Positions 15,001-27,000 of a DNA stretch of 64,000 bases are shown here, in pieces. This DNA comes from Amoebophrya sp. A120. Its lineage: Eukaryota > Protista > Dinoflagellata. Location: the NCBI GenBank assembly GCA_905178155.1, contig CAJINV010000004.1, positions 5,062,619 through 5,126,618 of the forward strand, read 5' to 3'. A program made the position numbers and the translations under genes. The notes under the pieces are model-generated. The model was not told the origin of the DNA. It searched no databases and worked only from the letters and a program-made list of their open reading frames with translations. Within the stretch, counting starts at the first letter, position 1, and the number at the start of each line of letters is the position of its first letter.

Positions 15001-18000
15001 CAGAAGCAGGTACAAAGACCCGCAACAGCTCCAACAATTCGTGCCGCGCCTGCGTGTTTAAGTGCATCAGGGTCGTCTGCGACTCTGTGACCGCCGCGAC
15101 AAGACTGTGCCACAGATCGTTCGGAATCAGCATCTCAGAAGAGAAATTTGCCTCACCAAAGGCGATCAGCAACTTTCGCAGCGACTGCAGCACGCTCGTC
15201 AGGCGCTCCGTGGCAAACAGTGCCTGCAGTTTGTTTTCACCGCTGTTTCCGCTGTCTGAAGTGCCGCTGCCGAAAGAGGGCGAGGAAGTACTAGAACCTC
15301 TAAGAACTACTCCTGTCTTGCTCATCTTCCCAGCGAAACGACTTTTACCACTGCTAGCGGCACCCGAAGAAGATGCACCAGCGGCCACTACTGCCGCCGC
15401 TCCTCCGGTCTCAGCCACGTAGCGCACCACAAGTGCGTACCCCTGGACCATCTGGTCCAAGTTCAGTGTCGGTAGTGCTTGCGCAACGATAGGAAATTGC
15501 GCCGCAATCTGCTTGGTAGGCGGCAGACGGATGTCGTTTAAGGTTTTGTGGAAGATGAGCATATCGTCTTCATCGTATTGCTCTTCATCGTTGGAAGTAG
15601 ATATTGTGTCGAGGTCGAGGTCATCGTTCTGGCTGTGCTGCAACAACGCTGGTGCTGTTTTGCCCGAAGAAGTAAAAATTGAGAAGTTTTCATCCAGCAA
15701 CCCGGATAATTCCAGCCTTTTCGCGAGCGACACCGCCGCGCGACGCTGCGCAAAGCGCCGCACGTCCTGGATGAGGGCGAGTTGACCCCCGAAGGGAGAC
15801 AGGTTCCCGCGGTCGAGATTGACCGCGGATTCTAACTCTGCAGCGACCGGCAGTTCGTGCCAGGAATTCCGCTCGTCGGGATGAACTAAATCCGTCACGA
15901 TGTTCGTTTTTCGCAATGCGATTTTCTGTGCCGAGCTCGCGACGGAGTGGTACTGGAGTAGTTTTGTGACGGACTCTGTGGTGAGTAATTCCTCCAACAC
16001 CCATTGCTGCAAACTGTCGACTAATAAAGTGGTTGCGGACAGCGAGTGTTTCTCTTCGAAACTGTAGTCCACGTTGCTGGCCCCGCGGGTGCGCGCAATG
16101 CCGTGGCGCCGCTTTTTTTCAAGCATGTCCCACAGGGGCCCGCGCGAACGGTAGTGGCAGAGGATTAATGGACGCTGGTTGTGGTGAGGTCGTAGTCCTT
16201 GCTCGTGTTGTGGCTCCTGGTGGTCCACCACGTCCATGTCATCCGCGCCTTTGCCCTGCTGCGCGCCCGCGCCACTGTTGGACCTTTTCACCTTTTGCCC
16301 CCTCGACCGGTCAGCGTCGTCCATCTCGACATCTTCATCTGAGCTATCGCTATCCTCTTCACCATCGTCAAAGTCATTGAATCCGCCGAAGAGCTGCGCT
16401 TGGATTTCCTTCTCAATGCAGTTCTCGTCGAGTTCGAGAACTCTGTCCAGTGCCAGGGCCGCGGTGGAGGTCGAGGCTTGATGCTCCTCACCTTCCAGTC
16501 TCCTTTCAGTGTCGATCATCTCATCCGAAACGCCGAATAACAACACCCGGAAAACCGGATAGGCCTCGAACAAGCGGCCGGCGGTATTCAACGAAGAACT
16601 GCTCGAGTGTAGTACTCTTTCGTCATGGTCCTGCTCGGCGACGGAAAGAATTGTCCCTGCACTTTGGCTTCGGCTCCGCGAGGTAGATTGACCGTCGGAA
16701 GGGAGGGATGTGATTTCTGGTGCGGCCTGGGTGGAGTCTGCGAAACTTAATTTCCTATTCCTTGTTGAAGTTGATTCTCGTTCGGGCAGCTGTTCTTGTT
16801 GATCTACACCGGCATCAACTTGCATCGGAACTGCTTCTGCGGCCGCTGCTGGCACAGCCTGCGCTTCTCGTTCCTTGGCTTTGTCGTCATCACTGCCATT
16901 CGGGCTTGACTGTGGCGTCTTTATCGACGCCCTGCTGGTGCCGGACCGCGACAGTTTCCAGGAAGATGAAGACCGCTTGCGCTCAACAGCGCCTGGTGTC
17001 CCAGCACCGCTGCCCGCAGCAGCACCAGAGGACGAGGACGCCAGGTTGGATAACACGAAGTACAGAAACCGGGGCAAATGGTCGAAGCCGATGAAGGAGG
17101 TGTGGTTATCTTTGGCAAGCAGTTCCAAGTACCCCTGCAGCAATGACGCGCGAATCTGCACCGCTTCGCTCTTCAGTGTGTTTTCCTCCATCGGGGCAAT
17201 TTTCCTCCAGTAGAAGAACCTGCTCGATTGCGAAGAAGACCAAGACTCATAATGCCCCTCGCCTTCGGGTTCAAAGTCCGTGCCCTGCAGCTCGAGGTCC
17301 GGGCGCGAAGCTGAATCGGTAAAGGTGGACCCGAGAAGCTGCCTCTCCCAGGCCTGGAATCGGGCCCACGACAGAATGTCGCTCAGGGCGAGAGGTAATA
17401 TCTTTTCGCTGGTGCTGCTTTTGTTATTTTCAACATCTTGCTGCAGTTTCAGCTTGTAGGATAAATGTTGCACTGCGCCAAGCAAAGCCAAGACACTGTA
17501 ACTTCGCACGTTGCGCGTGGTTTCCGTGAACCAGATCTGCCGTTCGCGTGCGATCTTCGGTTCCCGCGGCATTTTCCGGGTGATTGCGCGCGGCCAGTCC
17601 CCGCAAGCGCGCGCCATCTTTTCCGCCAGTTTCCGCTCCATGTCCCGCCGATGGTAATCCAAGAAGTGCAGGGAATGTAAAAGCCGGACCACCCGGGCCT
17701 GCTTCTGGGTCAAGTCCCGTCTTTGCTGCATCTCCTTGGCGCGCACAGGGTCGACGAACGGGAGCGAAGATGATGCGCCGCGAGCTTGTCCTTCAAGACT
17801 TGGCTCCTCGACTGCTTCTTGTTCTGCTGACCGATCCTGGTCTTCACTTGTTGTTCCACCAATCGCAGATCCCAGCGCCACGGAATCAACCTCCATCGGC
17901 ATCGGAACAGCAGCTGCATGCAGATCACCGGCTTCCGTTTCCCCCATCTTTAAGCCAGCACCACGGCGACCACTTGTTCCTGTGGTCGCAGGACCTACTA

Positions 18001-21000
18001 CTGCCAACCCGCTGAGAAGCATCTTTTGCTGGTGCTGGTGTAAATCTTCCAGCGCTTCCTGCAGCTCCTTCCTGAACCGCTCCGATTTCTTGACCAACCG
18101 CTCCACCTTCGGACGTGCCAGATCGTACAACACGCGGCCCGCGTTCGGGGTGAGCGTCATCCCTTGTGCATAGTCGTAGAGCAGCACGATTAAATCCTCC
18201 GGAAGCGCGTTCGGGACAACAACCTTGTTATCACCCGTCGACCCTTCTACCTCCGTCCCAGCCCACACATGTAGTGACAGCAGACGCAGCGCGCCCGTGA
18301 TTACGGATTTTGGTCTTGGGTACGGCTCGAGCAGTGGGTCCCGCTCTTCGAACGCAATGCGCTTCTGTCGATAAGCGTCCGGGGTGACATTTTCGTGTTC
18401 ACCAGTTCTCATATCTTGTTGATCTTGACGTAGTACTCCCGACTCCGTATCTAACGACGCCCCGGGGAAGATCTTCATGCGTTTCCTATTTTCTCTCTTG
18501 GCGAACTTCTTCAAGGACTCCGGCTCGCCCCCCTCCTCCACGATCCAGGATGGCGAAGCAGTCCAACGTTGGCCCGAGCGAAGGACGAGTCGCAGCTGCT
18601 GCTGCACGTATGGTGACAAGCTAAAGCGGTACCGGGAGGTCGTGCTCGTGGCAAGCTGCGATTCCGATTTCATCTCCGGAAGCCGCTCTTGTTGAGCGAC
18701 GGCGGAGGGCCCCGTCGCTTGCTCTGCTGTGGATGCGATTGGGTCGTTTTGATTGTAACTTGTGAAAAATTCGCAAACAGTTTTCATGGCCGAAAGAGCA
18801 ACCTGCGGAGCTGCACCAACATCTCCAGCATGCTCCACCGAACGACCGCCAGCACGATTTGACTTCATCAAGACGGTCTTGCAGTGTTTTGCCAGTAACT
18901 GGTCTGCAATTTGCGTCTGGTCCAAGAAGAGCCAGTAAGCTTCCGAAAAAGTCGTGAGCATCTGCATGGTCATCGCGGAAAACGGAACCCGATTGAGATT
19001 GTCAGAAGGCCGTGAAGTTTCTTGCTGCGCGCCAGGACTACTTTTTCCTATCACCATTTTCGGAGAAAAACGGCCGTCATAGTCACTGGCCTTGTTCATC
19101 AGTGGCGTCCGTGGTGCCGCGCCAGGCGCCGCTGCAACTCCTCCTGCACCGTTAGGCACGAGCCGGTCGTCCTGCAACCGCACCAGCGTTGGTTCGAACG
19201 CCTGCAGTAAACGGCGCCACTGCGACCACAGAACAGGCGTTCTTCGATCGCAATTACCCTCATTCACGAACGCGCGTAGCTCGTCCAACGCGTGGAGGTC
19301 TCCTGATGTGTCGCATGCTGCCCTTGACGGCTGGAAAATGCACTTCAGCGCGTTGTAGGGAAGTGAAGTTTCCGGATTTTTGCAGGAAATGTGCAGCCAG
19401 TACTGCACTACGTCCCTCCGGCTGTAGCTGTGCCGCTTCAACGCCTCGATGGCGATTTGTGAACTTTGCAACACTGGGTTATCCACGAACCAATTCGCGT
19501 ACAGGAAGCCGAGCGACAGATTCGCCGCCTCAAACATGGAGTCAGAAGTGCCGGCTTTCTCCGAGGAAACGGCTTCCTGCACCACAAATTCCTCGCTCAA
19601 CGTGGAGCGTTTCTTGAACAAACTCACCACACGGTCCAGACGCTTCTCCCACTCCTGAAACTGCACAGTCGCCTCGCTGGAGTAGAAAAAGCTTTGCTGC
19701 TCAAGCTTACTGTCAAAAGTTCTTTGTGCGAGGACTCGTTTTGATGTAGTTACTCCTGCAGCTGCTGCACGGACATGGTCGGGACGCAGCTCTCGCTTAC
19801 GCCTGTGACGGGAGGACGATACGGCTTCATGCTCATCATGTCCATCTTCCCGTAAATGTGATGCTGTCCTGGACCACCTGTGTTGGTGTTTTTGGTTTTC
19901 CTTCTTTCGCTTTCTCTCAGCCTGCCTCTGATTCATCATCAACTCGTCCGCCTCCCTTCTCGCTTCGTTCAGGGGAACCAGATTCTTCCACTCATTCAGC
20001 GCTCGCACGGCGTTTTCGCGCCGCATCTCCTTTGCCGCGTGGACGAGATTGTGGTGCGTGGAGCTGACAAACCGCGACAGCTGCAACCAAATCCCCTCCG
20101 ACAGGCCGCCGTAGTGGTCTTTGAACAGCTGCAACAACCCGATGACCTCCTTTTTCAGTTTTGACTCCACGTCCGGCCGGGGCAGGAGCGCAAGCAGCCC
20201 GAAGATGCTCGCCTCAAGCTTCTTTGCAACCTCGTAGTGCCGCAAAAACTTCTGGTCCTCGAAGGTGAGCGGTGGGGGTTCCCGTGATCGACCAGCATCT
20301 TCAGCAAAATTTCCCGACAAATTATCCGCCTGCCGCTGCCTCAATTTCAGATACTGTTCTGTTTGCTCCGGCCCCAGTTTCGCGATTAGGCGGTATTGGT
20401 AACCCAGCCGTTCAAGCGACCGCTCGTCCCGGTCGTTGTCTTCTTTTCTGGCTTCTTTCCAAACAAAGTGCAGCGTCTTCCAGTACTGCTTCTGGACTTC
20501 CAAATTGCTTTCCAAGGCCACCGCGCCCAAAAGCCGGGCAAACACGTCATTGGTGTCGGTCGTGCGGGGGATGACCCCCATCCCGGGCTCGGAATACTGC
20601 TCTCCCCAAAAGAACATATTCCGCTTGTTGCTCCAAGTGGACTCCGCTCGATCAAAGCTCTTGCTCCGTGTAACCGTCCTCGCAGCTTGGTCGATCTTCG
20701 AAGCCTCCAGCCTGCGGTCTTGGATTTGTCGGTCATCAACGGATGATAATGATGATGTTCTTCCCTGGTGGTCTTGAAGATGATGGTTGATGAAGTGAGA
20801 GGACAGCAATGGTCCCGCACCACCTATCGACGGTCTGCTACTGTTTATCGCTGCCATATCAAATGCCACCTTCTCAGCCTCCTGATCATACACTCCTGTA
20901 GTTTTCAAGCCCATGATCCTTCGGTCAAACGTCTGCTTCGCCTCCTTCATGTCCAGTGCCGTGATGCTGTCCAGCAACCGCTTCACCTTGGCCACCACCA

Positions 21001-24000
21001 GCCGGGCCAACGCCTTCAGCTTTCTGTCTTCTTCCTGCTCAGTTTTTTCCCGTTGCGTCATCGGAGGGAGGATTTCGTCGATATTCTCCGGAGTGGTGTG
21101 TTCGGAGTGGAAAAAATCCGGGTCTGGGTCCTCGTCCAGGTAATTCGTCTCAGAGCTACCCGTGAAACTACTTCTGGTGCTTTGCATAGACGCCACGCTG
21201 GCGATACTCGCGAGTGAAGCACTGGACAGCCGATTCAAACTTTTCCTGCTGGAGTTGCGTCTTTTTGACATGATGAGCGATGAGGACCTAGACCGTCCGG
21301 ATATTCCACCACTGGTCATGCTGTGACTTCTCAAGGCTGCTCGTGCGAGCCCTTCTTCTTCACTGAAGATTGAAATCCTTTTCGGCGTCTCCGCGTCAGT
21401 CAGAAACGTGCGCAGGTGCGCCCGCCTCCGCTCCGCGTCGCGGTACTCCTGCACGCGCGCCAGCCAAAGCTCCGTTTCCAGCCATGCCAAGTCTTCCGCC
21501 TCGTAGCCGCGGAACTCCCCCTTTCGGTTGTTCCACTCGCCGTAGGCAGATTTCTCGCTGTTCGGGTCCGTCTGCTCTTTCGCAACCTTGTTTTCCCCCT
21601 TCAGCTCCGCGTCGGGGAAGAAGCCAGCAGGGATGTGGAGCGAGGCGAGCCACTGGGCATTCGCCTCCACGTTTAGATTCGCCATCTTCTCGTAGCCCGA
21701 CTTCGCCCCAATCCAGCCGTACATGTGCCGGTCAAATTTCTCTTCAGCCTGCCGAATGGCGTTCTCAAGCGTCACGCTCTCAACTGTTACATGGATTTGT
21801 GTTGCAAGAATAGCACAGGTGAGAGGGTTAACCTTGCGCGTCTTGCACTAATACAGATTTGGTTCGGATTCTACTGCTATTTAGCGCGTTCATCGCGAAT
21901 TTGTCATGCGAAGTAGCTTGATCGTGGCGATGTTGTTGTTGTTGATAGTGATTTGCATGACAAATCATCTAACAGTTGAGAATGTAACGTTTGAGAACGC
22001 CATATGCCGAATGTCGTTCTTCTCTTTCGCCCACCACTCGGATTTGGTAATGCGACGGGCGATTAATGGCTTTTGTTCGGTATCCGTTTCTTGCGCAGCC
22101 GCGGTACTAGCACCGTCTTGTTGTGTTGTGCCGGCGTTGGCCGCATTTTCGCTCGGTTGTGTAGTTGTTGTGGTACTAGCGGCCTGGTAGTACGCAGCTG
22201 GAGCGGAACCGGAAGCGGATGAACCTCCCGGAAATACTCCTGTTCCAGAATGGTCCTTTTTCTGTTCCTTCGTCGCGTCCTCCATTTCGATGTCTTCGGC
22301 ATACAGCAGTTCGCGATGGTGGTAGACCAAAACTTCCAAGATCTGAATCGCGTTCAGCCGCATTTGCCAGAGTCGGCGGCGCTGAAACCGGTACAGCGTG
22401 CGCTGCTGGTAGGCGACCTCCCGGCGGAAGGCCGCGCGAGCGTCCTGGACCTGGTCGGAGAGCACTTTCTGTTCCTCCGCGGTTTTGGCCGCGTAATAAT
22501 CCGCGTTGTCACCGCCTTCGAAGTTCACGTTTTTCGCGTCAGGGTCGGTGTCGTACGCCCCTTGTTTCTCCATCGCGTAAAGAATTTTCTCCCGGAGTTT
22601 TTCCCGCTGCTTTAACGCGTAAATCCTGTATTCTTCGCTAATAGCCTCGTCTTGCCGCTCCAGCGTCTCCAAATAATGCTCTCTGTCTCTCTCCCGCTCC
22701 CTTTTCGCGGCCAACGAGGCACTGCTGCTGGTTTCTTGTGCCCGCGACCCGCCACCATAAGTCTGGTCCGCCTCCGCGCGCTGCATGGCCTCTTGCTGTC
22801 TTTCATGTGCTGTGCGTGCGATTAACCTGGCTGGCACCGCAGAAAACGCTTTCATCTCCAGCGGTTCGAAGCGAAACACCCGTTCGCCCCGGAGAAACCG
22901 CCATTTTTCCGCCAGATTGTAGTGCCGCACGTACCGGCTGGTGCTTTTCCCCTCGAGCCCGGCCGTGAGCGTCGTTTCCCCGTTGATCTCCCCCTTGTAC
23001 ATCTTCGCGGTCAAATGGGTGATTTTCCGCAGCTTCTTGTGGCGCGCGAAAGTTTTTATTGTTGGCCCTCGTATGGCGTACGTCGAGGTGGTGCCGGAAA
23101 TTTCTTCCCACGCCCCCCACCAACTTCTCGCGGCTGGTAAAAGCTCGTTGTAGAAATGGTAGTGGAACACCCCCCGGAAGGGCTGTCTCAGCTTGAAATT
23201 GTTCTTGACATCGTTTTCCACGGAGGTTTTGCGGTCTTCCGCCGAGGCCAAATCCGCACTATTGTACCAAATCCACCGCGGATGCAGGTCGTGCAGTAAT
23301 AAAGCTTCGTTGCGAAAGGAGTCGAATCCGTACCGCTCGGCGACCTCGCTGACGGCCGCGGCGCCGAACTGTTTCGTTTCTCGTCCCACGAACTGCAAAG
23401 CGTTGTCTTTCCTGAGCTGTGCTTGCTCTACTTGGGAAGATTTTTCACTAGGACTAGCAAGTCTCTCTTTGTCCTCTCTCAACTGCTGGTCTAACTCCGC
23501 AGCCACCTCTTCCTTCGTCATCGCACTCGACTTGGTGTTCGCAGCGTCGTGTCGCGTCACGCTGAAATGGGTGACCGCCCACCCCAGCTGATCGACAAGC
23601 AACCAGGGCGAGGTATTCGGCAACGCGGGAGACTGATCCAGCGTCTGGGAGTAGATCGCGGAGGAGGGGGTCACGGGGGCGGATAGAGTATGAGATGTAC
23701 TACGCGACTCAAGGCATAGCGATTCAAAAAAATAAGCTTTGCATTCTGCGACCCCGAAGCCACGCTGTATTACTGGGGCTTGGTAATGCGAATCTGCCAT
23801 CCGTCTTCTCCACCGGTCAAATTATATATCTCCTGCTTTAGAGGTGTCAATTGGATATGATATGAAAAAAGATCCGGACTTGAGCTAGCTAGTTTAGGCA
23901 TGGAAGAAGGTGAATGATTTGCATGTAAATTAGGTAGCAAAGCAACTGCATACTGGTGAACGCTAGAGAGGAGGCCCAGATTGCAGCGACGGAAACTTTT

Positions 24001-27000
24001 GACCTTGGGCAGGGGTTTGCCACTGTACAGGTCGCGACGCCGTCCCGTTTCCACGGACGACGGCAAAGGGAGGCCTGAAAGTGGTTCAAAATGATCATCG
24101 TTCCACGAGCTAACGGGATCGCTTTTGCAAAATTTACACGTATGCGATTCAAGAGGTATTGGTATTTTTTAACGTCTAAAAGTGGCCTCATTTTGGCCAT
24201 ATCTTGAATCGCATGCACCATCGGGCGACGCATCAAAAGGACCCTTATTTGGGACCTCTCCCGGAGAGGTCTAAATTAGCGGCCCTCTTGCTCTATCTGC
24301 ACGGTGTTCTCAATTCTACAAAAAAGTCAAGGCTTTTCATCTAAGCGCGATGGTATGCTGGTGCTCGGCATGCTGGTGAGCCCATCTTTTCCGCCGCTAG
24401 CTCGGTACTCCTGCAAAGCACGAGCTAGCTCTGGACTTGAACGATTTCTGTGCTGTCAAGGGGTGCCCTACCTTTATTGGAGACGAACCAGACAGGCCTG
24501 CAACACCCATTGAAGCCGGCCTCTTTTATGATAGCACTTCAGCAATGTCATTAACTAGCTAGTTCAAGTCAGGACTTGTTTTCATATCATAAACTGCATA
24601 AACCAAATCCGGCAACTGGACTTACCTTCGAATGCCGCCAGTTCTGCGTCGCGAAACAGGACGGAAACTGGAAGATGATAAAGCTGCTATATGTTTTTGC
24701 AGAGCTGATTTTTTTGAATCGCCATAGCTTGAATCGCGTAGTACATCTCATATAGAGACTGATCCAGCGTCTGGGAGTAGATCGCGGAGGAGGGGGTCAC
24801 GGGAGCGGATAGAGATTGCGCCCAAAATTGCTTGCTCCGAGTTGGTATGCATTGCAAAAATGTCTGGGTCTGGAAAAATGTAGGACTTGTCATGCTTGTC
24901 TGGCATGCCTCTCAGATCTGTGATGCGTAAGCAGGAGCGGGGCCTTTTGCCTGTCATGCAAAAACGCAGTTTGCCATGCGGAAAACGAAACACATGGCAG
25001 TGCAAAAACTTGTCATGCTTGGCTGCATATTGTAGTGCGCTCACCATTCAGAGATTTGCATCACAAATTTCCAGACCCAGACATTTTTGCATTTGATAGT
25101 TGGTAAATTGCGCGCTTGTTGTACGCGGGAAAAATTTTCAAAGGAAAAGGCAGTTGATTGTCCACCTGAAGATCGTTCACGAGAATCCTGGATTTCGTTT
25201 TCCTCCTCGTCCTCATCGTCCCCAGCAGCTACAAACAGGTTTTCCGACCGCACGGGCCTGCGGTGGAAGAACTGCGCCTCGATTTTGGGCTGGTGCCCCC
25301 GGTACACGCCCGTCGTGGAAGACCACGCCGAACTCGACCTTCTTGCCGCATCTAGGCCGGCCGCCGCCACCGCGCTCTCGTCCGCGGGGTCGGCAGAAGC
25401 TCGGGTAGTGTCTTTCTTCAGCACGTACACCGATCGCTGCAGGTCTGGTTCACCATGTTGACCCAGGGCGTGTTCACTCGCGACACGGGTGGTAACGATG
25501 TCGATCTTCGGCCCCGACAAGCCGTGTAGTCCGTGGCCGCACCGCTCCATCTCGGAGGCCCGGGGCTCGCCGAAGCGAAACTGCTCGTAGTAGTCCGTTT
25601 GCGTGTGGTCAAGCAGTGTCTCAGCTTTGTTCTTCGACGGTTTCGTCCCTTCTTGCTCGGGCAGATCGTGTTCATGATCGTCGAGCGTAGAAGCGGTTCC
25701 AGCAACTCCGGCGGCCGCAAGGGGCCGATCGAAGACCTTACTCAGCACAAAGTTGAATTTATCCTGTTGCGAAACGACCCTAGCATCGGTCGTTGCTACT
25801 ACACCAGCACTTCTACTACCAGAGGATTTTAATTGCGCCTGCTGTCGCCCGAGCCACGTTTCGTAAGCAGTTGGAAATTCGTCAAGCAGAGAATCCGACA
25901 GTCGCTCGGCCTTCGGCTTTATTACCTGCGACCCGACATCAGTTTCGGTTTCTGCCGGAGATGCAGCTGCTGCCCCTTCGTAAACAATACCCGGAATCTC
26001 CCGCTCGGTGTGCCGTTTGTAACTCATCTCAAACGCCAAATACGTGACTTCCTTATCGGTGTGCAAATCCTCCCGGGCATGTAAAGACTTGGCGGCCTCG
26101 TAGCAGTTTTGCGTCACGCGGCCCACCAACGCCTGCACGTCCAGCAACACCGAGGGTAGGGCGCCCCAGAATAAACTCGCAAGGTAACCTCGCAGGGCCT
26201 GGCTACTGCCCTGCGCCGCGACGCCCGCGTCGAGCCCCAGGCCGATGAGCCGGTTGGGTGTGTGCGTGGACTGGTCGCCTGAGTTGTTCTTGCTTGGTCG
26301 CTCGAATACCACATCCAAAACTTTTTCCTCAAACTTCTTCAGCAACTTGCACATGCGTTCCAGCAGAAGCTTGCGAGACCGGAATTTCACGTCCTCATCT
26401 TCGTAGCCTAGGGAGACGCCCTGGACGGTTCCTAGGTCGTAGGAATCATCTTCCGCAGTTTCTGTTGTACTCTCTCTATCTACCCCGGCCGTCACATAGC
26501 CAAAGAGCTGCGCAGCCAGGCCGGTCTTTTCGCCCGTCAGTAGACTCTCGGTGCAGTGCTTCGCAACCGCGGCCTTCTGCTTTTCCTCGGCTTTCTGTTT
26601 TTCCTCGGCTATCTTATCTTCTGCGCCTGCTGCAGCTCCGAATCCGATATCATCTGGCTCAGCTTGTTCTTCTGCGCGATGTAGCAACTGTGCGGTTGAT
26701 CCCTTTCTCAAGTTTTCCTTGATCAAACTCTCCCTCTCTCGCAAAACTTCGTGCATGTCTTTGTCCAGCGCCGGGTCGAAGGTGAGCAGCAACAATGCTT
26801 TTTCCACGAGCTGCTCCTTGGCGCGAATGTTTTCCAGGACGTTATTTTGCTTCAGAAATAATTCCGTCTTCAGATACTGTCCCGTTTTGTCCGACTGGTC
26901 GCCAAAGTACAAGGCCCAGGCCCGGCGGTTCGCGCGGTCCTTCTTGTTGTTGAACATGTTCTTCGCACTGTCGGTGTAGGCAAAGGCTTTGTTGAAAACA

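Noticed and set aside
24186-24200. cattttggc resembling part of the dinoflagellate spliced leader
   Set aside because: Only a 9-nt match inside an element; the flanks do not match CCGTAGCCATTTTGGCTCAAG.
23688-24753. U12-type AT-AC intron
   Set aside because: AT-AC arises from the TSD bases; the U12 5' consensus ATATCCTT is absent (the sequence reads ATATGAGA).
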